Positions 39,543 through 51,534 of a stretch of DNA of 64,000 nt are shown here, piece by piece. Numbering within the stretch: the first letter of the stretch is position 1; each line of letters opens with the position of its first letter. Source of the stretch: Nitrospirota bacterium. GTDB taxonomy: Bacteria; Nitrospirota; Nitrospiria; Nitrospirales; NS-4. The position numbers and the translations under genes are program-made. The DNA lies in contig CAWBGA010000002.1 of NCBI GenBank assembly GCA_963788195.1, forward strand, positions 128,001-192,000. The letters run 5' to 3'. Below the pieces are notes generated by a model. It saw nothing but the letters and a program-made list of their open reading frames with translations. It was not told the DNA's origin and did no database searches.

Positions 39543-40229
39543 ATGTTGCTATCCGAGAAACTGCTAGAGAACGCCAAAGCGGCCATTGATGAGGCGCGGC
39601 AGTACGCCAACGAAATCAACAGGCTGAGTCAGCGCGTGCAGGAACTCGAGCTGAGCAAGGCCGAAGAGGCTGCGAAACGCCAGCAGGTTGAGGAAGAGCT
39701 ACAACACCTGAAGGCGGAGAACGCCCAAGCGGCCATTGATGAGGCTCGGCAGTACGCCGACGAAATCAGCAGGCTGAGTCAGCGCGGGCAGGAACTTGAG
39801 CTTAGCCTCACCGAGATGGCGCACGGCAAGGCCGAAGAGGCTGCGAAACGCCAGCAGGTTGAGGAGGAACTACAACACCTGAAGGCGGAGAACACGAGTC
39901 TCGCCGACACCCTCAGCAAAGAGACGTCACGTGCGACGAGCCTGCACCATGAAGTCGAACGGCTTCGTCAAAAACTCGTTGGGTCAAAGGCCGATGAAGG
40001 CAACGCGACACCGCACTCAGAGGAACGTGTGGCGAGGCTGGAGGTCGAAGTCGACAAGCTGAGGCGAAGCCTGGACAACCTCTGGCGCATTGAAAGCCGA
40101 CAGGACGCCGGCGCTGACGAGGAAGATCGGCCGGTCAAGCGATGGGTGACATGGCGATCTATGGCATGGCTCTGTGCGACAGCACTCGGAGGATGGTTAA
40201 CGGCGATCTACATGGGGCTTCTCAAATAA
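39543..40229 (+). CDS. Coiled-coil protein with C-terminal TM anchor and internal tandem duplication
   Basis: AAIDEARQYA..QVEEELQHLKAEN occurs twice; hydrophobic C-terminus. Confidence 0.65.
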   Translation: MLLSEKLLENAKAAIDEARQYANEINRLSQRVQELELSKAEEAAKRQQVEEELQHLKAENAQAAIDEARQYADEISRLSQRGQELELSLTEMAHGKAEEAAKRQQVEEELQHLKAENTSLADTLSKETSRATSLHHEVERLRQKLVGSKADEGNATPHSEERVARLEVEVDKLRRSLDNLWRIESRQDAGADEEDRPVKRWVTWRSMAWLCATALGGWLTAIYMGLLK

Positions 40230-40261
40230 CATCGACGGCTTTACTATCACTGACTCTCAAT

Positions 40262-40861
40262 TTATCGCTTAGAGATGCTTGCCGCGTAGCCCTGAGCGAC
40301 CCTGTTATTAAGATGGGCGATCACGTGGTCCCCTACGGTGAGATTGCCGTCTTTTTTCGTGTGGTCGTCAGTGTGTAGCTTAACTTCTTGGCCCCTTATG
40401 TCCTGGACCACGAGGTTCTCCCCGCGAATCTCCCGGATTTCTCCCTCCACGACGTCGGGGATGGCCTCCGTTTTCGCTTTGTTCCCGTTTTTGCCTTCGG
40501 AAGTGACCTCCAAGGATTTGGTAGAGACATCCGAGGGGAGAGCTTCCACGGTCGCGGTTACTTTATCTCCGATGTTGGGAATGTCCTCAACCTTGGTCTT
40601 GGGGTTGATATTTAACTTGATCTCCCGGCCGGACCGCTCCCTGATGACATAGGAAGTCGCGTCCTTCTTGATGACTTCTCCCTGGACCCGTTGTGCCGGA
40701 AGCTTGCCGCGCGTTGGCGCAGGCGCTTGCCGCTTCGGCTGTGAGTCCGCTGTGGGCTGCGACACGCGCCCCAGGAAGTAGGTGATCCCTCCTAAGACGG
40801 CGAGGCCCGCTACGATCACAAGTATAGCGAGTATTGCAAGAGCACCTTTGCCGTAGCGCAT
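40262..40861 (-). CDS. Membrane-anchored protein with two small beta-barrel repeats (DUF5666-like)
   Basis: N-terminal TM; two VxGE..GxExKL..TK..GDxV repeats. Confidence 0.6.
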   Translation of the reverse strand: MRYGKGALAILAILVIVAGLAVLGGITYFLGRVSQPTADSQPKRQAPAPTRGKLPAQRVQGEVIKKDATSYVIRERSGREIKLNINPKTKVEDIPNIGDKVTATVEALPSDVSTKSLEVTSEGKNGNKAKTEAIPDVVEGEIREIRGENLVVQDIRGQEVKLHTDDHTKKDGNLTVGDHVIAHLNNRVAQGYAASISKR

Positions 40862-41085
40862 CCTGGCCCTCAGCGTAATTACTGCAAAGAAGCTATTCTA
40901 GCATGCCGAGCCGCGCAGATCGCTATGGATCGGCGCTTTTACGGCGCGTAGCTGGCTGTGGCGTGGATCGACTTCCTACCCTTCCTTTGGACGTGGACCC
41001 CCTGATTGCCACCACCATAGTTAAACCTAGTGTGATATCTTTTGGCTCCCGAGTTGCCGATTTTCAATGGAAGGAGTCATCGACA

Positions 41086-41274
41086 ATGCTCAATAATATA
41101 CTCAGCTGCTATTTCGGGCATCATTCGTGGCAGCACCAACGAAACCTGGGTCAGATGGATCGGCAAGGCAACTTGCAAAAGCAAGGAACGATGCAACAGT
41201 GCCAGTTTTGTCAGGCCACACGTACGGTTCTAACTCAAGAACCGATTCCCGTACGGACTAGCGACAGTTTGTAA
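41086..41274 (+). CDS. Small Cys/His protein
   Basis: AAGGAG RBS; CYFGHH..CQFC. Confidence 0.5.
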   Translation: MLNNILSCYFGHHSWQHQRNLGQMDRQGNLQKQGTMQQCQFCQATRTVLTQEPIPVRTSDSL

Positions 41275-41575
41275 TTCGGTTCCGTCTCTATAATAACCAG
41301 CCCGCTGAAAGGGCGTGAGAAATGGAATTTCTAGTCCGATGGGTCTGTCCCTGCGAATCCCCTCAGACATGCCCTTTCTGTGACGGTCAAGGCTATTTTG
41401 AACGCTGGATGCCCCCCGACTTGCTAATGTAGTCAAGAACCGTACCTACGTCATCACTTCCAGTCGTATATTGCAGCAGTCTGAACAACGTTGTGACGTC
41501 CTGCCGGATTCTTTCCCAGTAGCCGCGAGCAAGAGTCGTTAACTAATACCGGAGCAGCATCAAGGGAAGGTGGGC

Positions 41576-42217
41576 TTAGCCGCTAGAGGGCCCGTAGGGG
41601 CTCACCGCGTCCTGATCTCGGCCTGGTTCATAGGTTTGGAGTACCTGAGAAATGGTCGGCATCAGGGTGGTACGAGCCGAAGCGGGCATTTTGATGCGGA
41701 CGCCGCGGCCTTCATTCCGGCCCACGGAGAAGATGTGAAATTCAATGAAGTCCGTCTGGTGCTCGTCGCGGTAGGAAAAGGTCAATTGTATGGCTGGCCG
41801 GCCGCCGAGCGTGAGGGTGTGCTCGCGTTCCCATTTCAGTACAATGGATTTCTTGGCATACAGATCCTGAATGATCCGTCGGTGCGCCGTGGCAAATTCC
41901 GCAATGGTCTGCCGGCCATCCTGGCTCGTGCCTTCGATCAGGTTCAGGTATCCAGACAGCATCATTTGGGTTTTCGGCACCGGCGGGTAAAGGGTAATGC
42001 CCAAGCCGTCCGCTAACGGCTTGCCGAGTTGCCACTCAGGGGGATAGTGTATCGAGAAGCCGAACCTTCCATTCACGTACTTCTTCCAGCCCGCAGGCGC
42101 AGGCCGCGACTCCTCGGCACTGAGAAGAGACGAGCCACCGCCTAAGAACAGCACGCTGACGAGGATAAGCGCAAAAATCACTGTCTCGATCCTGCAAGGA
42201 CAGTTGGTAGAATACAC
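41576..42217 (-). CDS. Exported PsbP/Mog1-like protein
   Basis: Signal peptide; WKKYVNGRFGFSIHYPPEW; LGGRPAI. Confidence 0.6.
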   Translation of the reverse strand: MYSTNCPCRIETVIFALILVSVLFLGGGSSLLSAEESRPAPAGWKKYVNGRFGFSIHYPPEWQLGKPLADGLGITLYPPVPKTQMMLSGYLNLIEGTSQDGRQTIAEFATAHRRIIQDLYAKKSIVLKWEREHTLTLGGRPAIQLTFSYRDEHQTDFIEFHIFSVGRNEGRGVRIKMPASARTTLMPTISQVLQTYEPGRDQDAVSPYGPSSG

Positions 42218-42259
42218 ATGAACCAGGTCGAGATTTGATGTAAGGAGGTCACGACTATT

Positions 42260-45200
42260 TGACTCCGTGTCAGTACCTGCGCCAGCGCCTACCCGATTTA
42301 GTGGTCCTGCCCTTCCTTTTACAGTCCATGCAGATCTGGCCGAAAATACCCTTTCAACGGTTTACCTTCTGATCATGGACACCTCCTTCTGCTGGACCCG
42401 GCCACATTTCTGGCAGTGCTTCGCGGTGCCGTCACCCAACCCTTCGTATCGTTACGGATTCGAGTGATGGTCTCTGAGTCCTTGTGGTTGGTTGCCGAGA
42501 CAATCAGTGTATCCAACCGCTCGGAAAGCGTCTGTACGGTCGCCGAGGTTAAAACGATTGATCCGCAGGAACTTGTAGCCGTAAGCCTCCAGCACCAGCT
42601 GCCGCTCCACATGGCTCTGGACGGTAATACTGGTTCCACTGGCCTTCGTGAATCCGCTTATGTTCTGTGAAGTGCTCGGCGAAGCCGTCGTACTCGATCA
42701 CCACGTTTACCTTTCTTTCCTCACCGTGATAGCGCAGCAGTATGCAGTGAGCAATTGGCGCCGATAGAAAGTATCGAGCTGGCGCAAATTGCCGACAGGG
42801 AACTGCGCGATCACCTCCAAACGTTCTTCGTTCAGCTGATAGAAGGGAGTCTTCTGTAGCCAGTCTAGCACCTTCCGCTCCATGGGCGAGGATGGATCAG
42901 TATCACCGGGATCCGGGAAGGGACGCTCCTTCAGCATGTGTGTAAAATGCGCAAGCGCCCGCCCGATCGAGCCGCGAAATTGCTCCACCGGCTTCGAGAG
43001 CACGAAATGGATCGTCTCCTTTGCCCGAGAGAAACCAACGTTAAGACGCTGCATTTTCAGCTTCTCCTCCGCCTGGTCAGCGGCCTCTTCCATATCTACT
43101 GGGAAGACATAGTTCAACACGTCGTGCTCACCAGTAGCCACCATCGAGTAGAAGATGATGTCACGCTCTTCACCCTGGCAGGTGTCGAAGGTCATGATTT
43201 TCAACTTGAGATCGGTCTCGAATTGCTGGGGCATTCAGATCGCAACAAGATGCTAATTAGATATTGCTTGCTGCTTATGTAAAGGCGTTACCACCATACT
43301 TGCTCCACCATCGTCGAGTCCCGGGAGGCAGTTGGCCCAGGGCATTAAATGTTGCGCATTGTCCTTGCCGTCGTGCTCCAACAATGTGAAGCGAATCACC
43401 TCCTCAAGGGGCTTACCGCGCACCTTGATGGGCTTGTTGCCCCTCGTAGAAGTGTATTGAAGAAGCCGCCACGAGCTCCGATACCCGCGGAAATGCTTGC
43501 GTAACATATCGTTGTAAGAGGCGATCAGGTCAAAAAACTCCAGGATCGACTTCTTTACGTCGAAGTGCTTGAGTCGCTGGATCTTGTCGGCCGCAGGCGA
43601 TATGCGCGCCCGAAAGTAAAGCCTCGGTTTCAGTGAGGTAGCTTGTGTTGAGCAGGTTGCTCGCTTGAGCGGACTTAACGTTCGAGAATTGCTTTCTATC
43701 GCCGAATACTACCATCTTTTTTAGCCTGCGGAACAGCGCCGGGAAAGCCTGTGCTACAGAGACCTGGCTCTCCGGCCCCTTGTCCATCACAACCACATCG
43801 AAGAGCTTAAGCTTTAGCGGCACGTACTCAGCAACTTCCGAATGCCGGCCTTATGATACAAGGGAATGCCTGTTTTAGGCTGTCAGAACTATCCTGTGGA
43901 GTAACTGCTGCTTAGCACGGATGACCCCGCCGAGGGTAATCGTGGTCGCGCGGGAGTTATCAATAAACTCGATGAAGCGCTGTTGATCTTGTGAGTCATT
44001 TGGGAGGTGTACAATTGTTCGAGTTTGGCCTTCTCACCAACATAGTCAAGCGCGGGGGCGGAGTTGATTAAGCCCTTCACCTTTGCCCAAGACTCCGCAT
44101 ACCTGACGGCGCGACGGAGGAAGGAAAAAGAGCTGGAATTGTCCGCAACGGTGGGTTGCCCGAGGCGAGTGCCACACCGTCTGTACCCGCATCCGGTCCC
44201 ACAACTGCCAGATAGGCTTTTAGAAATTGATTCACCTCAGTCAAGCCTTGCGGAAGGGTCTCGGTGGAGAGCAGCAGCCTGTAAATTCTTTTCACCATCC
44301 TCCGCAGGGAGCCCCGCTCTCTGTGAGCACCTGACGGATGCGTGCTAGCACCAAAAGTACGGCTCGCATATCTGAGAGACGCCGGTGCAGGTCAAGGGGG
44401 TTTGGACATGGCATTACCTGGGCAAGCCGGGTGGTGACGGCTCTTACCTTAACCCTACGGAACAAATATCCGAAGAGAGGCATGCGCAATGCCTCGTACT
44501 CAGCGATAAATGCCGCGAAGCAGTGCTTCGTGGTGTGGCCCGAGGGCGGTGAAAGAGCGTGAGTGCAGTGCGCTGGTCCCGAAGGTCGACGATACTCTGC
44601 AGAGCCAGGTACCGCTGGACCGTCATGCATAGCTGACCCACACTGACACGCTCGAAGCGTTCGGAAAGCCAGGCGATCCCAGTCCTGGACGCTGCGCAAT
44701 CGAGTACTGCTGCGGCCTGTATTAGTGTTGGCAGTCGAACCGCCGTCCCCCTAAGCTCCTGCAGCCGCATCGAATAGGCTGGCAACTGTTCCTCGATCTC
44801 TTGCTCCAAGAGGTGCAGCTCTTCCACCTCTGATAGCTTTACCTCGCCATAAGCATGGATGGTCTGCTGGATTGCTCCCTTGAGCCGGTCACGGGAAGCA
44901 AGGATCTCTGCTTCCAGTCGTCCAGCGTTTGGGCGGTGGGCGCGGTACTGCTGGCGTATGCGTTCCTGAGAGGCCTGGGAGATGAGTCGTGTGTAACTGC
45001 CGCCAATGCGACCCAACCGCAAGATCGGGTTCGGGAAGTCGTCCCCGTGGCGTACTGTGGAGAGTGCTATTTCCAGTTTGTCTTGCACAACATCCAGCAG
45101 CCTCTTGCTTGTCCGAGAGAATCAAAAGGTTCTTGCCGTGCAAAATGCAGTCGAAGGCAATCGCTGTAATGGTGTGGCTTTTACCCGTCCCAGGCGGGCC

Positions 45201-46623
45201 TTGGATGACGACGTAGTGGCAGTCTTCGTCGCGCAGCGCGAGGAGAATCTTACGTTGTTCTTCGTTCACCGGGATCGGGGAGACCGCCATTAGCCGCTCA
45301 GGCACCGGTGTGGCTTCCCACTGATCATCGATGCTTTGCCGTATGCTCTTTGGGTCGTTTTGTACGAAGCCATCGATGATTGTGCTGAAAAGGTCACTAG
45401 CGGCTTGCTGGTCGTCATTTACCACGGCGAGCAGTGCTTCATAGTCGTTAAGCAGCGCTTCGTCTGATTTGTCAAACACAGCGAAATAGGCAGTATTTTT
45501 GAGCTTCAGTGACGCGTTGGATGCGACCTGCAAGCGTGACTGTCGTACGTCTAGATCTCCCGCTAGATCAAGGGCGGGCAGCAATGTACTGAGCACCCGT
45601 TCGATCTCCACGATAAACGATTGGTTCTCACCGATGTAGACGATGCGTTCGTTCACCGGGGAGATTGGTAGTCGTTTCGCCTCGCCACGGAACTCCTGGA
45701 GAACGAAGTCGACTGCTCGCTTATTCACGAACAGATGGGGGTCGAAGTCCAGCACGTAATCGCCGCGTTGCTCGTCATAAGTCGACGGTCGTCGGGACGT
45801 AGAAAAGCGGATACGTCGAGGTGCCAAAGCGCAGCTCGCACAAGTATAGATAGAACTGTAGGTTGTCCGCGGTGCGAGTGAAATTAAGTAAGTCGCGAAG
45901 CTCCTGAAAGGCGTCAGCCGTAGCGAAATCATCGAAGAAGGCGATGATACGCATCCTTGGCCTCCTTCTCGCCGAAGAACTCTTCCATGACAGCGCGTGC
46001 CGGCTCGAGATTCTCCTTTCACCACATAGGTGTTAAGCGTAGTAGGAAGCTGTTCAATCGCGGCGGCAGTGAGTGCGTCTACGAGATCGGTCTCCACTTC
46101 GTAGACTGACTCGATTGCCGGAATAGGACGTTGCTGGAGGAATGGCCCTTCGAGTAGCGACAGAATGGGCCGCACGATTCGCTCTCCCACAGCTTCGACG
46201 AAGGCGAGTTGCACATCCTCAACGTATTTCTCTTGATCCTCAGCAGCCTTTACGCGGATGCCTCTCGAATAGTCTGCGGTGACCGAGCGGACTTCGGCAA
46301 AACTCTGAGTGGGCAGTGTGTCGACATGCTGACGGATCAGATCGCGCAGGATCGGGCTGATGAGCGCGGTGTAGTGCCTGCGCGGCAGCCGCAGGTGTGA
46401 GCCCTTTAGCCACAGTCAGATTGCAGAGCGCCCATACCTCATCAGAGAGGCGTGGGTACTTGCGCAGGGCCATTCCGCTGCGGAAGCCAGTATCGGTTTT
46501 TAGTTGGATACGCCGGCGCGGGGCTTGCTGACGCTTAAAGTCGGTCTCCAGGAAGTCTAGAAAGTATCGGCAGACCTTCTGCGAGAACTCTTTGAGCGCA
46601 GGTCCTGCAACTGGTTTTTCCAT
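42260..46623 (-). pseudogene. Large SF1 (AAA_11/AAA_12) helicase with a C-terminal Vsr/DUF559-like nuclease, broken by many frameshifts
   Basis: Consecutive fragments carry NEEQRK..VVIQGPPGTGKSHTI, LFDVVVMD, VVFGDRKQF, LRKHFR, TFDTCQGEERD, RLNVGFSRAKE, IAQFPVG and IEYDGF. Ends approximate; may be sequencing error rather than decay. Confidence 0.75.
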
Positions 46624-47054
46624 ACCGTGGCCGGTCCTCTTTGATCCTCGTGGCGTTCCAGCTACCAGCCTTTTCTCAACACTCCCCCTTTTAGGGTATT
46701 TTGTTAAGCTAGATTATGTCAATCCTTTTCCCGACAGGGCGTCCGTGGTGTTGCATTTCTTATATACGACTGATGCCCCCTTCATATCTCCTCGTGCAGA
46801 TTCTACTGAAGCGAAGGCGATCACTTTTTGTAGCACAGCATGTATTGTCCCCTGAGATCGCCGGTTCTTCTTGTTGTTCAGAGACTTACCTGTGTGATGT
46901 GCTAGCTTGGGGTAAAACAGAGGCGAACACAAGACTATCCGGTAAACTGGAGCGGGGCGACCCGCCATGAGGCGCGCAGTGAACAAATAACCGTTGTCTA
47001 TGTGGTGACTGACACTGGCTTGCGCCATGGCGGCTTCTCGGCAATAATGGGAAC

Positions 47055-47567
47055 ATGCCCAGAAAAATCATTCTCTCGCGGATCTGGAGTCTTCTCTTCC
47101 TTCTCGCCCTCCTTGGTGGGTGCACAGCCTATAAGCACCAGGCTCTCCATCGATGAGGCGCTCGCCCGTGGTGGCTGGGACCGCCACTGTAGAGGGAAAA
47201 GTGAGTATCATATCTAAATACGGTGAGGTGCAAACAGGAGCGGATTCGACCGTCTATTTGGTTCCCGTGACGGCCTATGCCACGGAGTGGTTTGACCATT
47301 ACGTCGTGCAGCAGCAGAAAATTGACGGCAAGGATCCCCGGTCCTTTGCGTCAGCGCATGCCGCGGTCGTGGATTACGACGGGCATTTCGAGTTTCAATC
47401 CATCCCGCCCGGCGCCTACTATGTCACCTGCAACGTGCACTACCCGCTTCGCCGGCCGGAAAATAGGCCGCTTCAACTTCAGCTTGCGTACGGTGGAGAC
47501 CGTCGAGGCCTATGCCAAGATTCATGTTGCGGCAGGCGGGAAGGCTGAAGTCCTCGTGACTCGTTAA
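47055..47567 (+). CDS. Putative lipoprotein with a carboxypeptidase-regulatory-like (Cna-B/Ig) domain, frameshifted
   Basis: Lipobox LLGGC from ATG 47055; DGHFEFQSIPPGAYYV in another frame. Confidence 0.5.
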
Positions 47568-47646
47568 TATATTTAGTGTTATTATACCTAGTAATGTAAT
47601 ATATAGGGATGAAACCTAATGGGGTATTTCTTGGGACAAAGTCATA

Positions 47647-49392
47647 ATGCCCCAGGCCGACCTATCCGTCGAAACGACTCCGTCTGCATCGCCTAGTGAC
47701 GTAACGACCCTTAATTCTACAAACCGCTCCCAATTAATCCTTTTACAAGTTCTCATCACGGTGGTGCTGTGCTACCAACTGCTGTTCAGCAAAGAGGCGC
47801 TGATCAGCTTCCAGGCCAAAGAGATCATAGTGGCGGGTCTGGCGCTGTTGCTCTGTGGTCTCCTCCTCATTCCCGCCCGGCTATGGGTGGCACACTGGCT
47901 GATAGGCGTCGTGGTCATCAGCGACACGATCGTGACCACCTGCATTATCTATCTCTCGGGAAACGCGGCGTCTGACCTGTATCTGACCTACTTTTTGATC
48001 ATCCTTCTCGCTGCGTTCAGTCCGACGTTGAAGCAAATGCTCGGCCTTTCAGTGATTCTGGCCCTCATCTATGGATTGATGCTGTATCTGGGCTCGGGCA
48101 GTTCAGCACCTATAATGGAGGGCCAGCTTCTTCGCATCCCGGTCCTGTTGATCTTCGCGACCTTCTATGGAGTGGCCGCCGAGCGCGTGCGTACGGACAT
48201 GGGAAAAAGGGTGTCCCTTGAGGACCAGCTCCGCCAAGCCCAAAAGCTGGAAGCGATCGGAAGGCTTGCGGGAGGCATCGCCCATGACTTTAACAATATC
48301 CTCACCGCCATCATGGGCTATAGCGCGCTGTTACAGGCCGGACTTGATGGCCACGATCCCAAGGCCCAGGAAGTCGAAGAAATCAAGAAGGCGGTGCGCC
48401 GTGCGTCAGCGCTCATTCAGCAGTTGCTGGCTTTCAGCCGCCGCCAGTTGCTGCAGATACAGGTCTTGGACCTGAACTCTGTGGTGCTGGACATTCAACC
48501 GCTGCTGCAACGGCTGATCGGCGAGGATATCGAACTAATCGTTCTGACCACCTCGTCGCTCGGGCACGTGAAATCAGATCCCGGTCAGATCGAGCAGGTT
48601 CTAATGAACCTCGCCCTTAACGCCCGCGATGCGATGCCGCAGGGCGGGAAACTCACCATCCAGACCATGAACCTCATGTTCGATGAAGCATTCGCCCGCA
48701 GGCACCTGCTACCGTACCCCGGACCATACGTCATGCTATCGATCACGGATACCGGCGAGGGCATGGACGAGGAGACCCTCGCGCACATCTTCGAGCCTTT
48801 TTTTACGACGAAGGAGCAAGGCAAGGGCACAGGCCTGGGCCTCGCCACCGTCTATGGAATTGTGAAGCAGAGCGGGGGCACGATCTCCGTCTACAGCAAG
48901 CCTGGAAAGGGCACTACGTGCAAAATCTATCTGCCCCGGGTTGATGACCCCGTGCTGCCAATGGAGAACGCAATGCCGCTGTTTCACCCCCCACAGGGCT
49001 CGGAGACCATTCTGCTGGTGGAAGATGAAGACTCCGTGCGAGAACCCGTGCGACAGGTGCTGCAGCGGATTGGATACACGATTCTGGAAGCCCGCCAGGG
49101 TGACGAGGCGCTCACGATTTGCAAACGTCACGAAGGTGAGATCTCTCTGCTCGTGACGGACGTGGTCATGCCGCGGATGGGCGGGCGCGAGTTGGCCGAA
49201 CACATGGTGCCCATGCACCCCAAGATGAAGGTCCTTTACCTGTCTGGGTATACGGACGATGCGGTCCTCCGCCACGGCGTCAGAGAATCGATAACTGCCT
49301 TCCTGCAAAAGCCATTCACTCCGGAGGCCTTGGCGCGTAAGGTCCGGGAGGTGCTTGACTCGGGACATGCCTCTCAGAAGGTTGTCCGGTGA
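47647..49392 (+). CDS. Membrane hybrid histidine kinase/response regulator
   Basis: Multi-TM N-terminus, [27 protein letters not shown] domain. Confidence 0.95.
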   Translation: MPQADLSVETTPSASPSDVTTLNSTNRSQLILLQVLITVVLCYQLLFSKEALISFQAKEIIVAGLALLLCGLLLIPARLWVAHWLIGVVVISDTIVTTCIIYLSGNAASDLYLTYFLIILLAAFSPTLKQMLGLSVILALIYGLMLYLGSGSSAPIMEGQLLRIPVLLIFATFYGVAAERVRTDMGKRVSLEDQLRQAQKLEAIGRLAGGIAHDFNNILTAIMGYSALLQAGLDGHDPKAQEVEEIKKAVRRASALIQQLLAFSRRQLLQIQVLDLNSVVLDIQPLLQRLIGEDIELIVLTTSSLGHVKSDPGQIEQVLMNLALNARDAMPQGGKLTIQTMNLMFDEAFARRHLLPYPGPYVMLSITDTGEGMDEETLAHIFEPFFTTKEQGKGTGLGLATVYGIVKQSGGTISVYSKPGKGTTCKIYLPRVDDPVLPMENAMPLFHPPQGSETILLVEDEDSVREPVRQVLQRIGYTILEARQGDEALTICKRHEGEISLLVTDVVMPRMGGRELAEHMVPMHPKMKVLYLSGYTDDAVLRHGVRESITAFLQKPFTPEALARKVREVLDSGHASQKVVR

Positions 49393-49461
49393 TCGCTTGA
49401 TGATCTTCCCGCTATCGTGCTATTGTTAGCAGATTATTGACCCGTCAGAGTACCCTGAACA

Positions 49462-50406
49462 ATGAAGATCTATCTTGCCAATCCAAGGGGCTTTTGTGCC
49501 GGTGTGGACCGCGCCATAGAGATCGTGGAGCTGTCGCTCAAGGCGTACGGGGCTCCCATCTATGTGCGACATGAGATCGTCCACAGCCGCCACGTCGTGA
49601 ATTCCCTGAAGCTTAAGGGCGCCGTATTCGTCGAAGAGTTAAATGCGGTGCCTGATGGACAGACGGTCATTTTCAGCGCACATGGGGTAGCCAAGGGAGT
49701 CTGGGAGGAAGCCAGCCGCCGCAATCTAAAGGTGATCGACGCGACGTGTCCCCTGGTGATCAAGGTTCATAATGAAGTGAACCGCGACTACCGACAAGGC
49801 TATGAGTTGATTCTTATCGGCCATGACGGCCACCCGGAAGTCATCGGGACGCTGGGTCAGGTGCCGGACAAGTTCCACCTCGTGAGTTCCGTGGAAGATG
49901 TGGAGCGATTGCAGGTAGAGCGCTCCGAACAACTCTCCTATGTGACGCAAACGACCTTGAGCGTGGATGAATGCCGGGATATTGTCGCCGCGCTGCATAA
50001 GCGATTCCCGACCATCAAAGGCCCCCATCAGGAAGACATTTGCTACGCGACTCAAAACCGTCAAAACGCCGTGAAGAAACTGACGGAGCTGGTGGATGTC
50101 ATTCTCGTCATCGGCTCGCCGAATAGTTCGAACTCGAATCGCCTGCGCGAATTGGGCGAGCATTGCGGCATCCCCTCCTATCTCATTGACTCGACCAGCG
50201 ACATCAACCCGGCCTGGCTTGTGGACATTAGGGCCGTCGGCATCTCCGCCGGCGCTTCTGCGCCCGAGGTATTGGTGGCGGAGGTGGTCGACTACCTAAA
50301 GGCTCACGGCGGCGAGGTTGTTGAAGAGGTCACGGTCATTGAAGAGGATGTGGAGTTTCTGTTGCCCAAGGAGTTGATTTCCGCTGCCGATATCAGCCGC
50401 CCCTGA
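49462..50406 (+). CDS. ispH: 4-hydroxy-3-methylbut-2-enyl diphosphate reductase
   Basis: [34 protein letters not shown]. Confidence 0.98.
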   Translation: MKIYLANPRGFCAGVDRAIEIVELSLKAYGAPIYVRHEIVHSRHVVNSLKLKGAVFVEELNAVPDGQTVIFSAHGVAKGVWEEASRRNLKVIDATCPLVIKVHNEVNRDYRQGYELILIGHDGHPEVIGTLGQVPDKFHLVSSVEDVERLQVERSEQLSYVTQTTLSVDECRDIVAALHKRFPTIKGPHQEDICYATQNRQNAVKKLTELVDVILVIGSPNSSNSNRLRELGEHCGIPSYLIDSTSDINPAWLVDIRAVGISAGASAPEVLVAEVVDYLKAHGGEVVEEVTVIEEDVEFLLPKELISAADISRP

Positions 50407-50419
50407 AGGAACGCATCGC

Positions 50420-51124
50420 GTGAAGCCCCGCAAGCAGAGGGGGCGCGCCCCCGGTACCCATATCCCTGTTCTTCCCGCGCAAAAGCGAAAGTTTCGTGGC
50501 CGCCTGCTGAAGTGGTACACGCAACACGGCCGCGATCTCCCGTGGCGCCGTACTCGCGACCCCTATCACATCCTGGTCTCCGAAATGATGCTCCAGCAGA
50601 CCCAAGTGGACCGGGTGGTGCCGAAGTATCACGAATGGCTCGTCAAGTATCCGACGATGGAACACCTCGCCGAAGCGCCGCTGGAAGAGGTCAAGAAAAC
50701 CTGGTACCCCCTCGGATACAATGTCCGTCCCATCAGGCTCCACAGCATCGCTTGCGAGTCGGTCGCCCGTTACGGAGGTTCCCTCCCGCGCGCCCATGAG
50801 GAGTTGCTCGCGTTTAAGGGCATCGGCCGCTACACGGCCGGCGCCATCCGATCATTTGCATTCCATGAAGATGCACCCATCCTTGATACCAACGTCCGAA
50901 GGGTGTTGCACCGCATCTTCGTTGGACAAGCGCAGGCAAAGGAAACACACAGCCAGGCCCTGTGGGAGCTCTCGCAAGCGCTGATCCCCAAAGGGCAGTG
51001 CTATGATTTCAACCAGGCCATGATGGACTTTGGGGCGACCCTGTGCACGGCGCGCGATCCCTACTGCCTGCTTTGCCCGATGAAGGATTTTTGCAAGACC
51101 TATCCGTTCGACGGGCGCCGGTGA
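50420..51124 (+). CDS. mutY: A/G-specific adenine glycosylase, catalytic HhH-GPD domain only
   Basis: RDLPWR, VSEMMLQQTQV, GIGRYTA, DTNVRRV, FeS cluster C..C..CP..C. Confidence 0.9.
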   Translation: MKPRKQRGRAPGTHIPVLPAQKRKFRGRLLKWYTQHGRDLPWRRTRDPYHILVSEMMLQQTQVDRVVPKYHEWLVKYPTMEHLAEAPLEEVKKTWYPLGYNVRPIRLHSIACESVARYGGSLPRAHEELLAFKGIGRYTAGAIRSFAFHEDAPILDTNVRRVLHRIFVGQAQAKETHSQALWELSQALIPKGQCYDFNQAMMDFGATLCTARDPYCLLCPMKDFCKTYPFDGRR

Positions 51125-51519
51125 ACACGGCTGCGGCAATTCAGGTCGCGGCCGCCGTCATCTGCTGCGATGGACGCTATCTGATCACCCGCCGCAAACC
51201 CGGTACTCACCTGGAGGGTTTGTGGGAGTTCCCCGGGGGCAAGCGCGAACCCGGTGAGACGCTTGAGGACTGCCTGCGGCGAGAACTTCGTGAGGAGCTG
51301 GGGGTCGAGATCTCCGAGCCGGTACTGTACCAGGCTGTGCGGCATGACTATCCGGAAAAGTCTGTCGAACTGCATTTTTTCCGGTGCAGGATTGAACCTG
51401 AGGGTGTGCAATTGCTCGAGGGCGCCGACCTCAAGTGGGTGCCTGCGGAGCAACTAGATTCATTCGCCTTCCCCGCGGCCGATCGGCAGCTTGTCGAAGC
51501 ATTACAAAACGGAATGTGA
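51121..51519 (+). CDS. mutT: 8-oxo-dGTP diphosphatase, MutT family NUDIX
   Basis: WEFPGGKREPGETLEDCLRRELREELG; FPAAD. Confidence 0.9.
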   Translation: MNTAAAIQVAAAVICCDGRYLITRRKPGTHLEGLWEFPGGKREPGETLEDCLRRELREELGVEISEPVLYQAVRHDYPEKSVELHFFRCRIEPEGVQLLEGADLKWVPAEQLDSFAFPAADRQLVEALQNGM

Positions 51520-51534
51520 GAGTCCTCGTTTACG

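Noticed and set aside
50420..51519. MutY lacking its C-terminal domain followed by a separate MutT
   Set aside because: Short MutY next to a NUDIX gene is a familiar arrangement; both genes look intact with a normal GTGA overlap.
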